Source of the DNA: Candidatus Aminicenantes bacterium
GTDB taxonomy: Bacteria; Acidobacteriota; Aminicenantia; Aminicenantales; UBA8522
Reading direction: 5' to 3'
Length of the DNA stretch: 32,557 nt
Assembly: GCA_016934895.1 (NCBI GenBank)
Contig: JAFGRZ010000169.1
Coordinates: 1 to 32,557, forward strand
Shown: positions 6,410 to 14,548 of the stretch, piece by piece
Numbering within the stretch: position 1 is the stretch's first letter
How the letters are laid out: each line of letters starts with the position of its first letter
Notes under the pieces: model-generated
Seen by the model: only the letters and a program-made list of their open reading frames with translations
Database searches by the model: none
What the model was told of the DNA's origin: nothing
Translations under genes and position numbers: made by a program

Positions 6410-7962
6410 GGCTGGACTTCTGAGAGGAAAGAGCGGAGCTTTCCTCCCTTGCTGAAACTTTCCAGCTTCCGGAGCGCCTTGGCTTCGATCTGGCGGATGC
6501 GCTCACGGGTCACCTTGAAGACATCGCCCACTTCTTCCAGAGTGTGCTCCTTGCCGTCAATGAGGCCGAACCGGAGCTTCAGCACCTCGGCCTCTCTCTC
6601 GGTGAGACTGTCCAGAGCCTGCTCGATCTGTTCCCGAAGGCTGCGATGGATCACCGCTTCTTCGGGAGAAGGACCGGTCTTGTCTTCGATGAATTCGCCG
6701 AGCCGGCTGTCCTCTTCGTCCCCCACGGGCGCGTCGAGCGAAACGGATTCCTGGGCGGCCTTGATGATCTCTCTCACCTTGGCGACCGACAAGCCCATTT
6801 TGCGGGCGAGTTCTTCGTGGGTCGGCTCACGTCCTCTGTCCTGGACGCTCGTCTGGATGAGTTTCTTCAGCCGATTGATCGTTTCGACCATGTGCACGGG
6901 GATGCGGATGGTCCTGGCCTGGTCGGCGATCGAGCGCGTGATGGCCTGCTTGATCCACCATGTCGCATAGGTGGAGAATTTGTATCCGCGCCGGTAATCG
7001 AATTTTTCGACCGCGCGCATGAGCCCGATATTTCCCTCCTGGATCAGGTCGAGGAATCCCAGGCCGCGATGGGTGTATTTTTTGGCGATGGAGACCACCA
7101 GCCGGAGGTTGGCCTCAACGAGTTCTTTTTTGGCACGGTCGCTCAACTGTTTCCCCAGGCTGATCTGCCGGAGGATGTCCCCGGACTGCCGGCACGTGAT
7201 CCCGAGCTCATCCCGGCCTTTTCTCAAATCCTTCTTGACCTCGGCGAGCTTCTTGAGGAGTTCCGCGCGTTTCTGCCGGTCCTTGATGCGGCGCAGGCTC
7301 GTCTCCAGTTCCTCCCGGGCTTCGGCCAGTTCACAATAATGCTGGAAGCGGGAACGCATCCGCTCGATGATCATTTCCAGGCGCGTCGGCCAGATGCTGA
7401 GCCGGCCGATGAGCTGGATGATCTTAACGACCAGGCGTCCCCTGGCGAAGACATTCTTTTTCCGGGCCGGGATCTTTCCCAGGACGGAATCGATCTGTTT
7501 GATCTTCCTGAAGACCTTGATGGTGTCCTTTCGCCGGATCTCCAGCCTGTCTTCATCAAGGTCGTCGCCGCAGTCGAAGATATCGGGCATGGCCATGAGA
7601 TCCCGTTTGACCGCCTCTTCCAAGGCAGACATCTCGGTTAAAAGCAGGCGGGTGCGGGTCAGCGCCTTGAGGATGGTTTTCTGACCCTTTTCGATCTGCT
7701 TGGCCAGCCCGATCTCTCCCTGTCGGGTCAAAAGGGAGATGCTTCCCATGTCCCGCAGATAGAGCTTAACCGGATCCGTCGTGATATCGTCGCCTTCGGG
7801 CGGAAGCAGCGCTTCCAGATGTCCGCGAGGTTTGGCGATATGCCGGGCGTCATCCTTGAATAGGCTGGATAATCTTTCGAAATCCGCCTCGATGGATCTC
7901 TTCGTTCGCGAGGACGCCGTCCGGCGTCCTCCTCGGGAAGAGCGTCGTTTCAGACCGGCCAA
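6406..7962 (-). CDS. rpoD: RNA polymerase primary sigma factor (sigma-70)
   Basis: 518 aa. Region 1.2: [21 protein letters not shown]. Region 2: [63 protein letters not shown]. Regions 3 and 4: [30 protein letters not shown] start with GAGG 7 nt upstream. Confidence 0.92.
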   Translation of the reverse strand: MAGLKRRSSRGGRRTASSRTKRSIEADFERLSSLFKDDARHIAKPRGHLEALLPPEGDDITTDPVKLYLRDMGSISLLTRQGEIGLAKQIEKGQKTILKALTRTRLLLTEMSALEEAVKRDLMAMPDIFDCGDDLDEDRLEIRRKDTIKVFRKIKQIDSVLGKIPARKKNVFARGRLVVKIIQLIGRLSIWPTRLEMIIERMRSRFQHYCELAEAREELETSLRRIKDRQKRAELLKKLAEVKKDLRKGRDELGITCRQSGDILRQISLGKQLSDRAKKELVEANLRLVVSIAKKYTHRGLGFLDLIQEGNIGLMRAVEKFDYRRGYKFSTYATWWIKQAITRSIADQARTIRIPVHMVETINRLKKLIQTSVQDRGREPTHEELARKMGLSVAKVREIIKAAQESVSLDAPVGDEEDSRLGEFIEDKTGPSPEEAVIHRSLREQIEQALDSLTEREAEVLKLRFGLIDGKEHTLEEVGDVFKVTRERIRQIEAKALRKLESFSKGGKLRSFLSEVQP

Positions 7963-8089
7963 GTCAAAACCTCATTTCTTGTCGAGTTTCCCATGGCTAT
8001 CGCCCGTAATGAAGAACATCCGCGACCCTTGGAAAACGACTATTTTCATTTTCCCAAAATTCCTAAAAAAAAGCAAAATCTTTGTCTGG

Positions 8090-8119
8090 TTGACATTCCT
8101 CCCCGTCTTTTGATATTAG
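8090..8119 (+). promoter_or_regulatory. sigma70-like (extended -10) promoter for the STAS gene
   Basis: Perfect TTGACA (8090-8095), 18-nt spacer ending in TGa, then TATTAG (8114-8119). It lies in the AT-richer rpoD-STAS divergent region. Confidence 0.4.
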
Positions 8120-8157
8120 CTGGAAGGGAAGGCCCGCTTGAGAGAGGACGGGACGAC

Positions 8158-8499
8158 ATGAAGATATCGGCGAGAGACAGGAACGACATCGTCATCTTCG
8201 ACATGGAGGGGGAGATCAAGCGGTCGGATGTCGCCGAGGTGACCCTCCATCAGCTCGTCAAAGAACAGCTCGACTCGGGCAAGAGGAAGATCGTCCTCAA
8301 TTTCGACCGGGTGGAATTCATCGACAGCTTCGGAGTGGGGGAGATCCTGGCGAGCTACATTTCCACCCACAACCTGGGGGGAAAACTCAAGCTGGTGAAG
8401 ATTTCGCAGAAACTGTATCTCATCTTCCAGGTGACGATGTTGACCAAGGTCCTTGATATCTTCGATGATGAAGAGGCGGCCGTGAAGAGTTTATCATGA
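8158..8499 (+). CDS. STAS-domain anti-sigma factor antagonist (RsbV/SpoIIAA-like)
   Basis: The track ORF starts at 7993, upstream of the promoter. ATG 8158 gives a 113-aa STAS protein, MKISARDRNDIVIFDMEGEI...VEFIDSFGVGEIL. The phosphorylatable Ser sits in the DSFG context. Confidence 0.8.
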   Translation: MKISARDRNDIVIFDMEGEIKRSDVAEVTLHQLVKEQLDSGKRKIVLNFDRVEFIDSFGVGEILASYISTHNLGGKLKLVKISQKLYLIFQVTMLTKVLDIFDDEEAAVKSLS

Positions 8500-8608
8500 G
8501 GGTCAGCGGCCGCCTGGCAGCCCAAAAAAGCCATTGCCGCGCAAGCCGCCCGATCCGGATGGGCGACGAAAAGCATGCCCGGGCGCATGGCCTGATGGCT
8601 GTCCCGGT

Positions 8609-8637
8609 TTGACTTCCGCTCAGCGTATTGATAATTT
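8609..8637 (+). promoter_or_regulatory. Possible promoter directly abutting the transporter start codon
   Basis: TTGACT (8609-8614), 17-nt spacer, TAATTT (8632-8637). An alternative is a 15-nt spacer with GATAAT at 8630-8635. ATG 8645 follows with no SD. Confidence 0.3.
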
Positions 8638-8644
8638 TAATCCA

Positions 8645-11140
8645 ATGAAGCTTGTCGGTATCCGGCCCGGTGAAGAGAAGCTGGCCTTTCTGCTGTTCGG
8701 CTATTTTTTTTTGATCACCACTCCCCACACTGTTATCAAGGCCCTGCGCACGACGGACCTTTTGGTCAAGATGGGGGCCGGGGCTCTCCCGCTTGCCTAT
8801 CTCAGCGCGGCCGTGGTCACCGGTTTGGTCGTCGTCTTTCATTCTAAAATCCAGTCCAAGATTTCCATCCGGATCCTGATCATCGCCAGCCTTGTTTTCT
8901 TTGCCGTCTCCGGGCTGGCCCTGCAGTTCATCCTCCAGACGGAAACCGGCCGGAGAAGCGCCCTCCTTCCTTACATCTATTGGGTCTGGGCCGCCGTCCT
9001 CATCGTCGTGCTCATAACCCATTTCTGGATGACCGTCAACGAGATCTTCAACCCAAGGGAAGCCAAGCGGCTGATCGCCTTTATCAGCAGCGGCGGGATC
9101 CTCGGCGGCATCCTCGGAGGGCTGCTGGCCGGCGTCCTGACCCGGGCGAACCAAGCCGGCCTGCTCCTCCCCCTGGCCTGCGCTCTCCTCCTGGCCTGTA
9201 TATTTGTGGTCCAGGCCGTTTTCCGGGACCGGCAAAGACTCCCGGTGATTGCCAAACCGGTTCCGCCCGGCAAAGTGCAGCCGGAGGCGTCCAAGGTGGG
9301 TTTTAAGGACAGCTTCGATGCCGTCCGCAAGAATTCCTATCTCGTGCTGATCGCCGCCGTCGTCGCCATCGGCGTTATTGTCTCGACCCTCATAGAATTC
9401 CAGTTCTTTTCGGCGGCTTCCGAGAGATACGAGCGCGCCAACGAGATGCAAGCCTTTTTCGGTTTCTTTTTCGCCGGCCTGACGGTCTTTGCCTTTTTCC
9501 TGAACGCTTTTTTGACCGGGAATTTCATAAAGAAGCTGGGTGTCAAGCTCACCGTTCTCCTGACTCCGGCTGTCCTCCTGCTCTGTTCCGTCGGAGTTCT
9601 GATTGCGCCCTTTGGCCTGATTCCGGCGCTCATCATCAAGGGCGGCGATGAAAGCCTGGCCTTCTCTCTCAATCAGACGGTCAGGGAGATTCTTTACATA
9701 CCGGTGGCATCGGCGTTGAAATTCAAAGCCAAGCCGTTCATCGACATGTTCATCAGCCGGGCGGCGAAGGTCGTGGCGGCCATCATCCTTCTCGTTTTCG
9801 CCCTTGTCCTCAACAAGGATGTGGATTATCTCACCCCGATTTTCGATCCCGGTCTGGCGAAGCAGCTGAGCTGGATGGCCATCGCGTTCCTGATCGCCTG
9901 GGGGGTGTTCAGTTTGAGAATCGGCAGGGAATACGTTGACACCATCAATCGGAGCATCAAGTTGAAATGGGACCGGGTTGACCAAAGCGTGATGGAGCAG
10001 ATCGACGTCGATTCCGCCAAGGAGATTTTCGATGCCGTGGAAAGCCGGAATCGAAGCGCTGTTCTCTATGCCATGCACGTGTTTGACCTGTTGCAGCGGG
10101 ACAAATTGACCCCGGAAATCAAGAACATGATTTCCGAAAAGGCCGGGGAAGTCCGGGTTTCCTCGATCAGCGACCTGTTCAATGCCGAAGGGGCGCCCGG
10201 AGTTCCGGAAACCGATGAGGACATTCGGCAGGAAGATCTCGTCACCGATATCCGGGAAATCATGTCGCTGGACGCTTATCAGAAGCTGATGGAAGGACAC
10301 GCGGGAAAGGTTTTGGCGGAAAGCCAGAAATCCGAGGTTGAAAAAATGGAGCTGGCGAAGGCGATCGGGTTGATGAGCCCCGATGCCCCTCTGACCGATC
10401 GCCTCGTGACGTTGATCGATGATCACTCGCCTGATGTCTCCGGCTATGCCCTGAAAAGCGCGGCCAGGCTCAAGAAACAAAACTACCTCCCGGCGATCAT
10501 CCGCAAGCTGGGCAATCCTTTGACCCGGGAAGATGCCGCGAGCGCCCTTCACAAATACGGCCCGGCGGCCATGCCGGCTCTGGAAGGGAGCCTCACGGAC
10601 AGCCGCCAGGACCTGAATTTGAGAAAAGCTGTGGTTGAGACGCTGGCCCGCATCGGGACGAAGGAGGCGGCCTTCGCTCTGGCGAGAGAACTCGATCAGG
10701 GGCGTGGGGAGCTGGACCCGGAAATCATCGACGCCCTGGATCGCATCCGGACGCAAAAAGGAGACGTCCAGTTGCCGGCCCGGTCGGCCAAGAGAAAAAC
10801 CCTTTCACTCGTTCATAGATACTGCCGGATTTTCCTCGACATCCAAGATCTCGGGCCGGGGGAGGACATCGAGACCGCCCGCCGACGGATGGAACGCGAG
10901 CTGGAGATCCTTTTCTCGGACATCTTCAAGTTGCTGGGGCTTTATTATCCTCAGGAAGAGATCCGCAAGGCCTATCAAAACATAGAAACCGGAACCCGAA
11001 ACTCGATCGCGTACGCCATCGAATTGCTCGACAACACGCTGAAAAGAGATATCCGGGACGTTATCATTCCCCTGGTCGAGGACCTGTCTCCTTCGGAAAG
11101 ACGGCGGAGTTTTCAGAAGATTCTCAAGAACTCCCCGTGA
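8645..11140 (+). CDS. TLC/NTT-like (ATP/ADP-translocase family) membrane transporter fused to a C-terminal HEAT-repeat domain
   Basis: I prefer ATG 8645 over the track's TTG at 8534, because the extra 37 aa are Pro/Gly/Arg-rich. The N-terminal ~470 aa are polytopic, with a TLC-like start EEKLAFLLFGYFFLITTPHTVIKALRTTDLLV..GAGALPLAYL. The C-terminal ~350 aa are helical repeats including PBS-lyase/HEAT-like LGNPLTREDAASALHKYGPAAMPAL...RKAVVETLARIGTKEAAFALAREL. Confidence 0.7.
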   Translation: MKLVGIRPGEEKLAFLLFGYFFLITTPHTVIKALRTTDLLVKMGAGALPLAYLSAAVVTGLVVVFHSKIQSKISIRILIIASLVFFAVSGLALQFILQTETGRRSALLPYIYWVWAAVLIVVLITHFWMTVNEIFNPREAKRLIAFISSGGILGGILGGLLAGVLTRANQAGLLLPLACALLLACIFVVQAVFRDRQRLPVIAKPVPPGKVQPEASKVGFKDSFDAVRKNSYLVLIAAVVAIGVIVSTLIEFQFFSAASERYERANEMQAFFGFFFAGLTVFAFFLNAFLTGNFIKKLGVKLTVLLTPAVLLLCSVGVLIAPFGLIPALIIKGGDESLAFSLNQTVREILYIPVASALKFKAKPFIDMFISRAAKVVAAIILLVFALVLNKDVDYLTPIFDPGLAKQLSWMAIAFLIAWGVFSLRIGREYVDTINRSIKLKWDRVDQSVMEQIDVDSAKEIFDAVESRNRSAVLYAMHVFDLLQRDKLTPEIKNMISEKAGEVRVSSISDLFNAEGAPGVPETDEDIRQEDLVTDIREIMSLDAYQKLMEGHAGKVLAESQKSEVEKMELAKAIGLMSPDAPLTDRLVTLIDDHSPDVSGYALKSAARLKKQNYLPAIIRKLGNPLTREDAASALHKYGPAAMPALEGSLTDSRQDLNLRKAVVETLARIGTKEAAFALARELDQGRGELDPEIIDALDRIRTQKGDVQLPARSAKRKTLSLVHRYCRIFLDIQDLGPGEDIETARRRMERELEILFSDIFKLLGLYYPQEEIRKAYQNIETGTRNSIAYAIELLDNTLKRDIRDVIIPLVEDLSPSERRRSFQKILKNSP

Positions 11141-11185
11141 ACGCCGCCCTTATTTCAGGTCAAGGCCCCGGGAAATGCGCGCAAC

Positions 11186-11215
11186 TTGAAGAAACGCCCG
11201 CGACAATAGTATAAT
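11186..11215 (+). promoter_or_regulatory. sigma70-like promoter for the FHA-GAF-PP2C gene
   Basis: TTGAAG (11186-11191), 18-nt spacer, perfect TATAAT (11210-11215). GGAGAG then precedes ATG 11233. Confidence 0.45.
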
Positions 11216-11232
11216 TGTGCGGAGAGAACAAG

Positions 11233-12909
11233 ATGCCCAGGCTGTTTGTCTATCCGAAAAAGGGGGATTCTTTTTGGCACACGCTGAAAGGGGAAAAAGT
11301 CTCGATCGGCCGTTCCGAAGACAACGACCTGGCTCTTCCCGATCCCTTTTCCTCCGGGCACCATGCCGTCATTTCGCCCGCCGACGGGAACTATGTCCTG
11401 CGCGACAATGGAAGCAAGAACGGGACTTTTCTCAACGCCAAGAAGATCCAAGGAGAAATCGAGCTCAAGAGAGGGGACGAAGTGCTGGTGGGTTCGACGC
11501 GCATTATCTTCGACAAAGAGCTGTCCAGCAACGTCGAGGTCACTGAAATTATTCAGGGCGCGCGCAATATCAACACCGTCATTCCGCTCAAGGACATCCT
11601 GAAAAAACAGGACATCGATACGACCATCCAGTCGTTGGCCACACCGGCCGACTTTATGAAAATTAAGAGCGATTTCCGATCCATGGCCGTACTCAATGAG
11701 GTGAGCAAGGCGCTCGTCCTTCATCAGCCGCTCAACGAGCTGCTGGAGAAGATCATGGACCTGATATCCGAGTATCTGCCCTTGGACAGGGGCGTCCTAT
11801 TGCTCAAAGAGGGAAACCCTCCCCAGATGATCGCCAAGGTCCCGCGCATCAACAACAAAAATCTCCTCCGCCAGAAGATCCTGGTCAGCCAGAGCATCAT
11901 CAATCTTGTCATGGACAATCACTCTTCGGTCCTGACCGGCGACGCTCAAACCGACGACCGCCTGAGGATGAAAGACAGCATCATCAAGTCGAACATCCAC
12001 AGCGCCATGTGCGTCCCCCTTTGGAACAACCGGGAGATCATCGGCGTCATCTATGCCGATCGCATCTCGCTGCTCGAGCAGTTCACCGAGGACGATTTGA
12101 GAATGATGACGCTTCTCTCCAACCTGGCGGCGGTCAAGATCGAGAATGCCCGGGCCATCGAAGCGGCCATCGAGGTCGAGAAGTACCAGAAAGAACTGGC
12201 CCTGGCCGCGCAGATCCAGAAGGATTTTCTCCCCAAGAAGAACCCGGTCTGCGACCGGCTCGATATCGCCTGGACATTCATCCCCTGCAACCAGGTCGGG
12301 GGCGACTACTATGATTTCATCTCCATCGACCCCGGCCGTCTGGCCCTCATCGTCGCGGATGTTTCGGGGAAAGGCATCAGCGCGGCCCTGCTCATGGCGT
12401 CTCTCCGGGCCGCGCTCATCGCCGAGGTCGGGCCGCAGTTCCGGCTCGAAAGCGTTGCCGCCAAGCTCAACAATTTCGTTCACGGGAGCTCGGCCTCCAA
12501 CCGTTTCATCAGCTGTTTCGTCTGTGACCTGAACATGACGACAGGGGATCTCCGCTACGTCAACGCCGGGCATAATCCGCCGATCGTCGTCGCCAAGGAC
12601 GGCAAGGTGCGGCGTCTCGAGCCGACGGGTTTCTGCCTGGGGATGTTTCCTTCCGTTTCTTATGAGGTCAAAGAAATCGTGGTGGATAAGGGCGAGACGG
12701 TCGTATTGTTCACCGACGGGATCACGGATACCCGCAATCCCTCCAACGAGGACTTCGGCGAGGACAAGCTCATCGGCCTGCTCAAGAAAAGCGCCAAGAA
12801 ACCGGTGGAAGAGATCATCTCCAAAGTGAACGCCGAGCTGTCTGCTTTCTCCAAAGGCGTCGATCCCTTCGACGACATGACCTTGATCGTCCTCAAGCGG
12901 ACCGGCTGA
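11233..12909 (+). CDS. FHA-GAF-PP2C (SpoIIE/RsbU-type) serine phosphatase
   Basis: FHA: VSIGRSEDNDLALPDPFSSGHHAVI...LRDNGSKNGTFLN. The central GAF-like region includes DRGVLLLKEG...IHSAMCVPL. PP2C/SpoIIE: GGDYYDF, LIVADVSGKGISAALLMASLRAAL, NAGHNPP, LFTDGITD, DDMTLIVLKR. Confidence 0.85.
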   Translation: MPRLFVYPKKGDSFWHTLKGEKVSIGRSEDNDLALPDPFSSGHHAVISPADGNYVLRDNGSKNGTFLNAKKIQGEIELKRGDEVLVGSTRIIFDKELSSNVEVTEIIQGARNINTVIPLKDILKKQDIDTTIQSLATPADFMKIKSDFRSMAVLNEVSKALVLHQPLNELLEKIMDLISEYLPLDRGVLLLKEGNPPQMIAKVPRINNKNLLRQKILVSQSIINLVMDNHSSVLTGDAQTDDRLRMKDSIIKSNIHSAMCVPLWNNREIIGVIYADRISLLEQFTEDDLRMMTLLSNLAAVKIENARAIEAAIEVEKYQKELALAAQIQKDFLPKKNPVCDRLDIAWTFIPCNQVGGDYYDFISIDPGRLALIVADVSGKGISAALLMASLRAALIAEVGPQFRLESVAAKLNNFVHGSSASNRFISCFVCDLNMTTGDLRYVNAGHNPPIVVAKDGKVRRLEPTGFCLGMFPSVSYEVKEIVVDKGETVVLFTDGITDTRNPSNEDFGEDKLIGLLKKSAKKPVEEIISKVNAELSAFSKGVDPFDDMTLIVLKRTG

Positions 12910-12939
12910 TCCCGATTCATTATCGTTGAGGCGGTCCCC

Positions 12940-12958
12940 GGGGAGGAGATGACTCCCC
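12940..12958 (+). terminator. Weak hairpin downstream of the PP2C gene
   Basis: GGGGAG (12940-12945) pairs with CTCCCC (12953-12958) around a 7-nt loop. There is no U-tract, so this is not a canonical intrinsic terminator. Confidence 0.2.
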
Positions 12959-13048
12959 AATGAATCGTGATTGGCGAGGGACGAACTGTTCTGGCCCTAT
13001 TCATGAATAGATCAAGCTCAGGTTGAAGAGCGAGGAAAGGATGGAAAT

Positions 13049-14401
13049 ATGATACGCCGCCGGCCCTCTCTACGGTCAACCGTCATCATCATGGGTCTTT
13101 GGCCATTTCTCGTCGGTTCTTTCTTCGGCTGCCGCGGCGAACCCGCGAAACCCGCTCCTGCCTCCTCCCGTGTCAAGCTCGGCATCGAGGTCCTGCTGGA
13201 AAGCCGGCTCGATCTGATCATGGGAAAAAAGGTCGGGCTGATCACCAACCCCACCGGCGTGGACGGCCGTCTCCGCAGGGACATCGATCTTCTCCTCCAG
13301 GCTGAGGGAGTGAATCTTGTCGCCCTTTACGGGCCCGAGCACGGCGTGCGGGGAAATGCCCAGGCCGGCGAATACGTCCCTTTTTATTTCGATGACAAAT
13401 ACAAGGTCGGGGCCTGCCAGATCCCTGTCTTCAGCCTCTACGGACAGTCATTGAAACCGGAGGCCGGGATGTTCAAGAAGATCGATGAATACATGCGCTC
13501 GTTCGACACGACGGCTTCGGGCAAGATTCCCGAAAGCGCGATGATCGAGGACGTCGATATCCTGGTCTATGATATTCAGGATGTCGGGACCCGCGTCTAT
13601 ACTTACGTGGCGACGATGGCCTATGCCATGCCGGCGGCCGCCGAAAGCGGAATTCCGTTCGTCGTGCTTGACCGTCCGAATCCGGTCAACGGCGTGGATA
13701 TGGAAGGCCCGGTACTGGATTATCCGGAGTACAGCTCTTTCATCGGGCTTTACCCCGTGCCGGAGAGACATGGCATGACGGTCGGAGAGCTGGCCCTGTT
13801 GATCAATGACCGGTTCCTGGAGAAAAAAGTCGACTTGACGGTCGTGGCGATGGAAGGCTGGCGACGGGAAATGGGATTTGACGAGACGGGCCTTCTCTGG
13901 GTCATTCCCTCGCCGAACATGCCCACGCCGGAGACGGCGATCGTCTATCCCGGCCAGGTCTGTCTTGAGGGAACGAACGTCTCCGAAGGGCGGGGAACAA
14001 CAAGACCGTTCGAGCTCTTCGGCGCTCCCTGGATCGACGGCTTTGAACTTGCCCGGGAGCTGAACGCATTGCGTCTCCCCGGCGTCCTCTTCCGGGAGGC
14101 CTGGTTCACGCCGAGCTTTTCCAAGTTCTCGGGCGAGGTTTGCGGCGGCGCGCAGGTTCACGTGACCGACCGGAAGGCCTACCGCCCTTTTGAGACCGCC
14201 CTGCATATCGTCAAGACGGTCAGGGATCGGCATCCGGACAGGTTCGAGTTTCATGCCGACTATTTCGACAAGGTTATGGGGACGGCGAAAATCAGGGAGG
14301 GACTGAAAGCCGGCCTGAGTATCGCCGAAATCGTCAGGGGCTACGAACCCGGGCTGAAAGAGTTCGCCGAGCTGCGCCGTCCCTACCTTTTATACGAGTA
14401 G
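13049..14401 (+). CDS. DUF1343-family lipoprotein (NamZ/YbbC-like exo-beta-N-acetylmuramidase family)
   Basis: AAAGGA lies 7 nt before the ATG. The lipobox is in LVGSFFG|C. DUF1343 blocks: KVGLITNPTGVD, LYGPEHGVRG, ILVYDIQDVGTRVYTY, VLDRPNP, SPNMPT. Confidence 0.8.
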   Translation: MIRRRPSLRSTVIIMGLWPFLVGSFFGCRGEPAKPAPASSRVKLGIEVLLESRLDLIMGKKVGLITNPTGVDGRLRRDIDLLLQAEGVNLVALYGPEHGVRGNAQAGEYVPFYFDDKYKVGACQIPVFSLYGQSLKPEAGMFKKIDEYMRSFDTTASGKIPESAMIEDVDILVYDIQDVGTRVYTYVATMAYAMPAAAESGIPFVVLDRPNPVNGVDMEGPVLDYPEYSSFIGLYPVPERHGMTVGELALLINDRFLEKKVDLTVVAMEGWRREMGFDETGLLWVIPSPNMPTPETAIVYPGQVCLEGTNVSEGRGTTRPFELFGAPWIDGFELARELNALRLPGVLFREAWFTPSFSKFSGEVCGGAQVHVTDRKAYRPFETALHIVKTVRDRHPDRFEFHADYFDKVMGTAKIREGLKAGLSIAEIVRGYEPGLKEFAELRRPYLLYE

Positions 14402-14455
14402 TCCGCTCTTTCCTGCCGGGACGTGATACCCCCGCCGCTATCATTCGGGGCAGGA

Positions 14456-14484
14456 TTGAAAAGTCCTTCCTTATTCCGTAGAAT
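14456..14484 (+). promoter_or_regulatory. sigma70-like promoter for the GS-family gene
   Basis: TTGAAA (14456-14461), 17-nt spacer, TAGAAT (14479-14484). It lies inside the track ORF that begins at 14423, so it excludes that start. Confidence 0.5.
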
Positions 14485-14548
14485 GAGGATTCCGTTCCGT
14501 CCCCTCATGCCGAAGGGACAGGCTCATCGGATCAAAGGAGATTTCGTC

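Noticed and set aside
8704-8712. A T9 homopolymer inside the transporter gene, plus T8 runs at about 26696 and 27331 in the MFS gene, as possible phase-variation tracts.
   Set aside because: The runs encode Phe-Phe(-Leu) in transmembrane segments, as expected from composition. There is no evidence of length heterogeneity and the frame is intact.
8420-10756. Very long antisense ORFs in the track. Examples: 8420-10756 (778 aa), 25696-27255 (519 aa), 17286-18797 (503 aa), 14783-16114 (443 aa), 20444-21757 (437 aa), 11797-12960 (387 aa), 6544-7641 (365 aa), 29702-30784 (360 aa), 530-1525 (331 aa).
   Set aside because: Each lies fully opposite a gene with clear family motifs. Their translations are Arg/Gly/Pro/Asp-rich low-complexity strings without recognisable domains, which is typical of stop-codon-poor shadow frames in GC-rich DNA.
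14485-14548. A possible glutamine riboswitch or other leader RNA upstream of the GS-family gene (hairpin GTCCC...GGGAC).
   Set aside because: There is only a 5-bp stem. I could not match the leader to the glnA-RNA consensus from memory. A covariance-model scan (Rfam glnA) would be needed.
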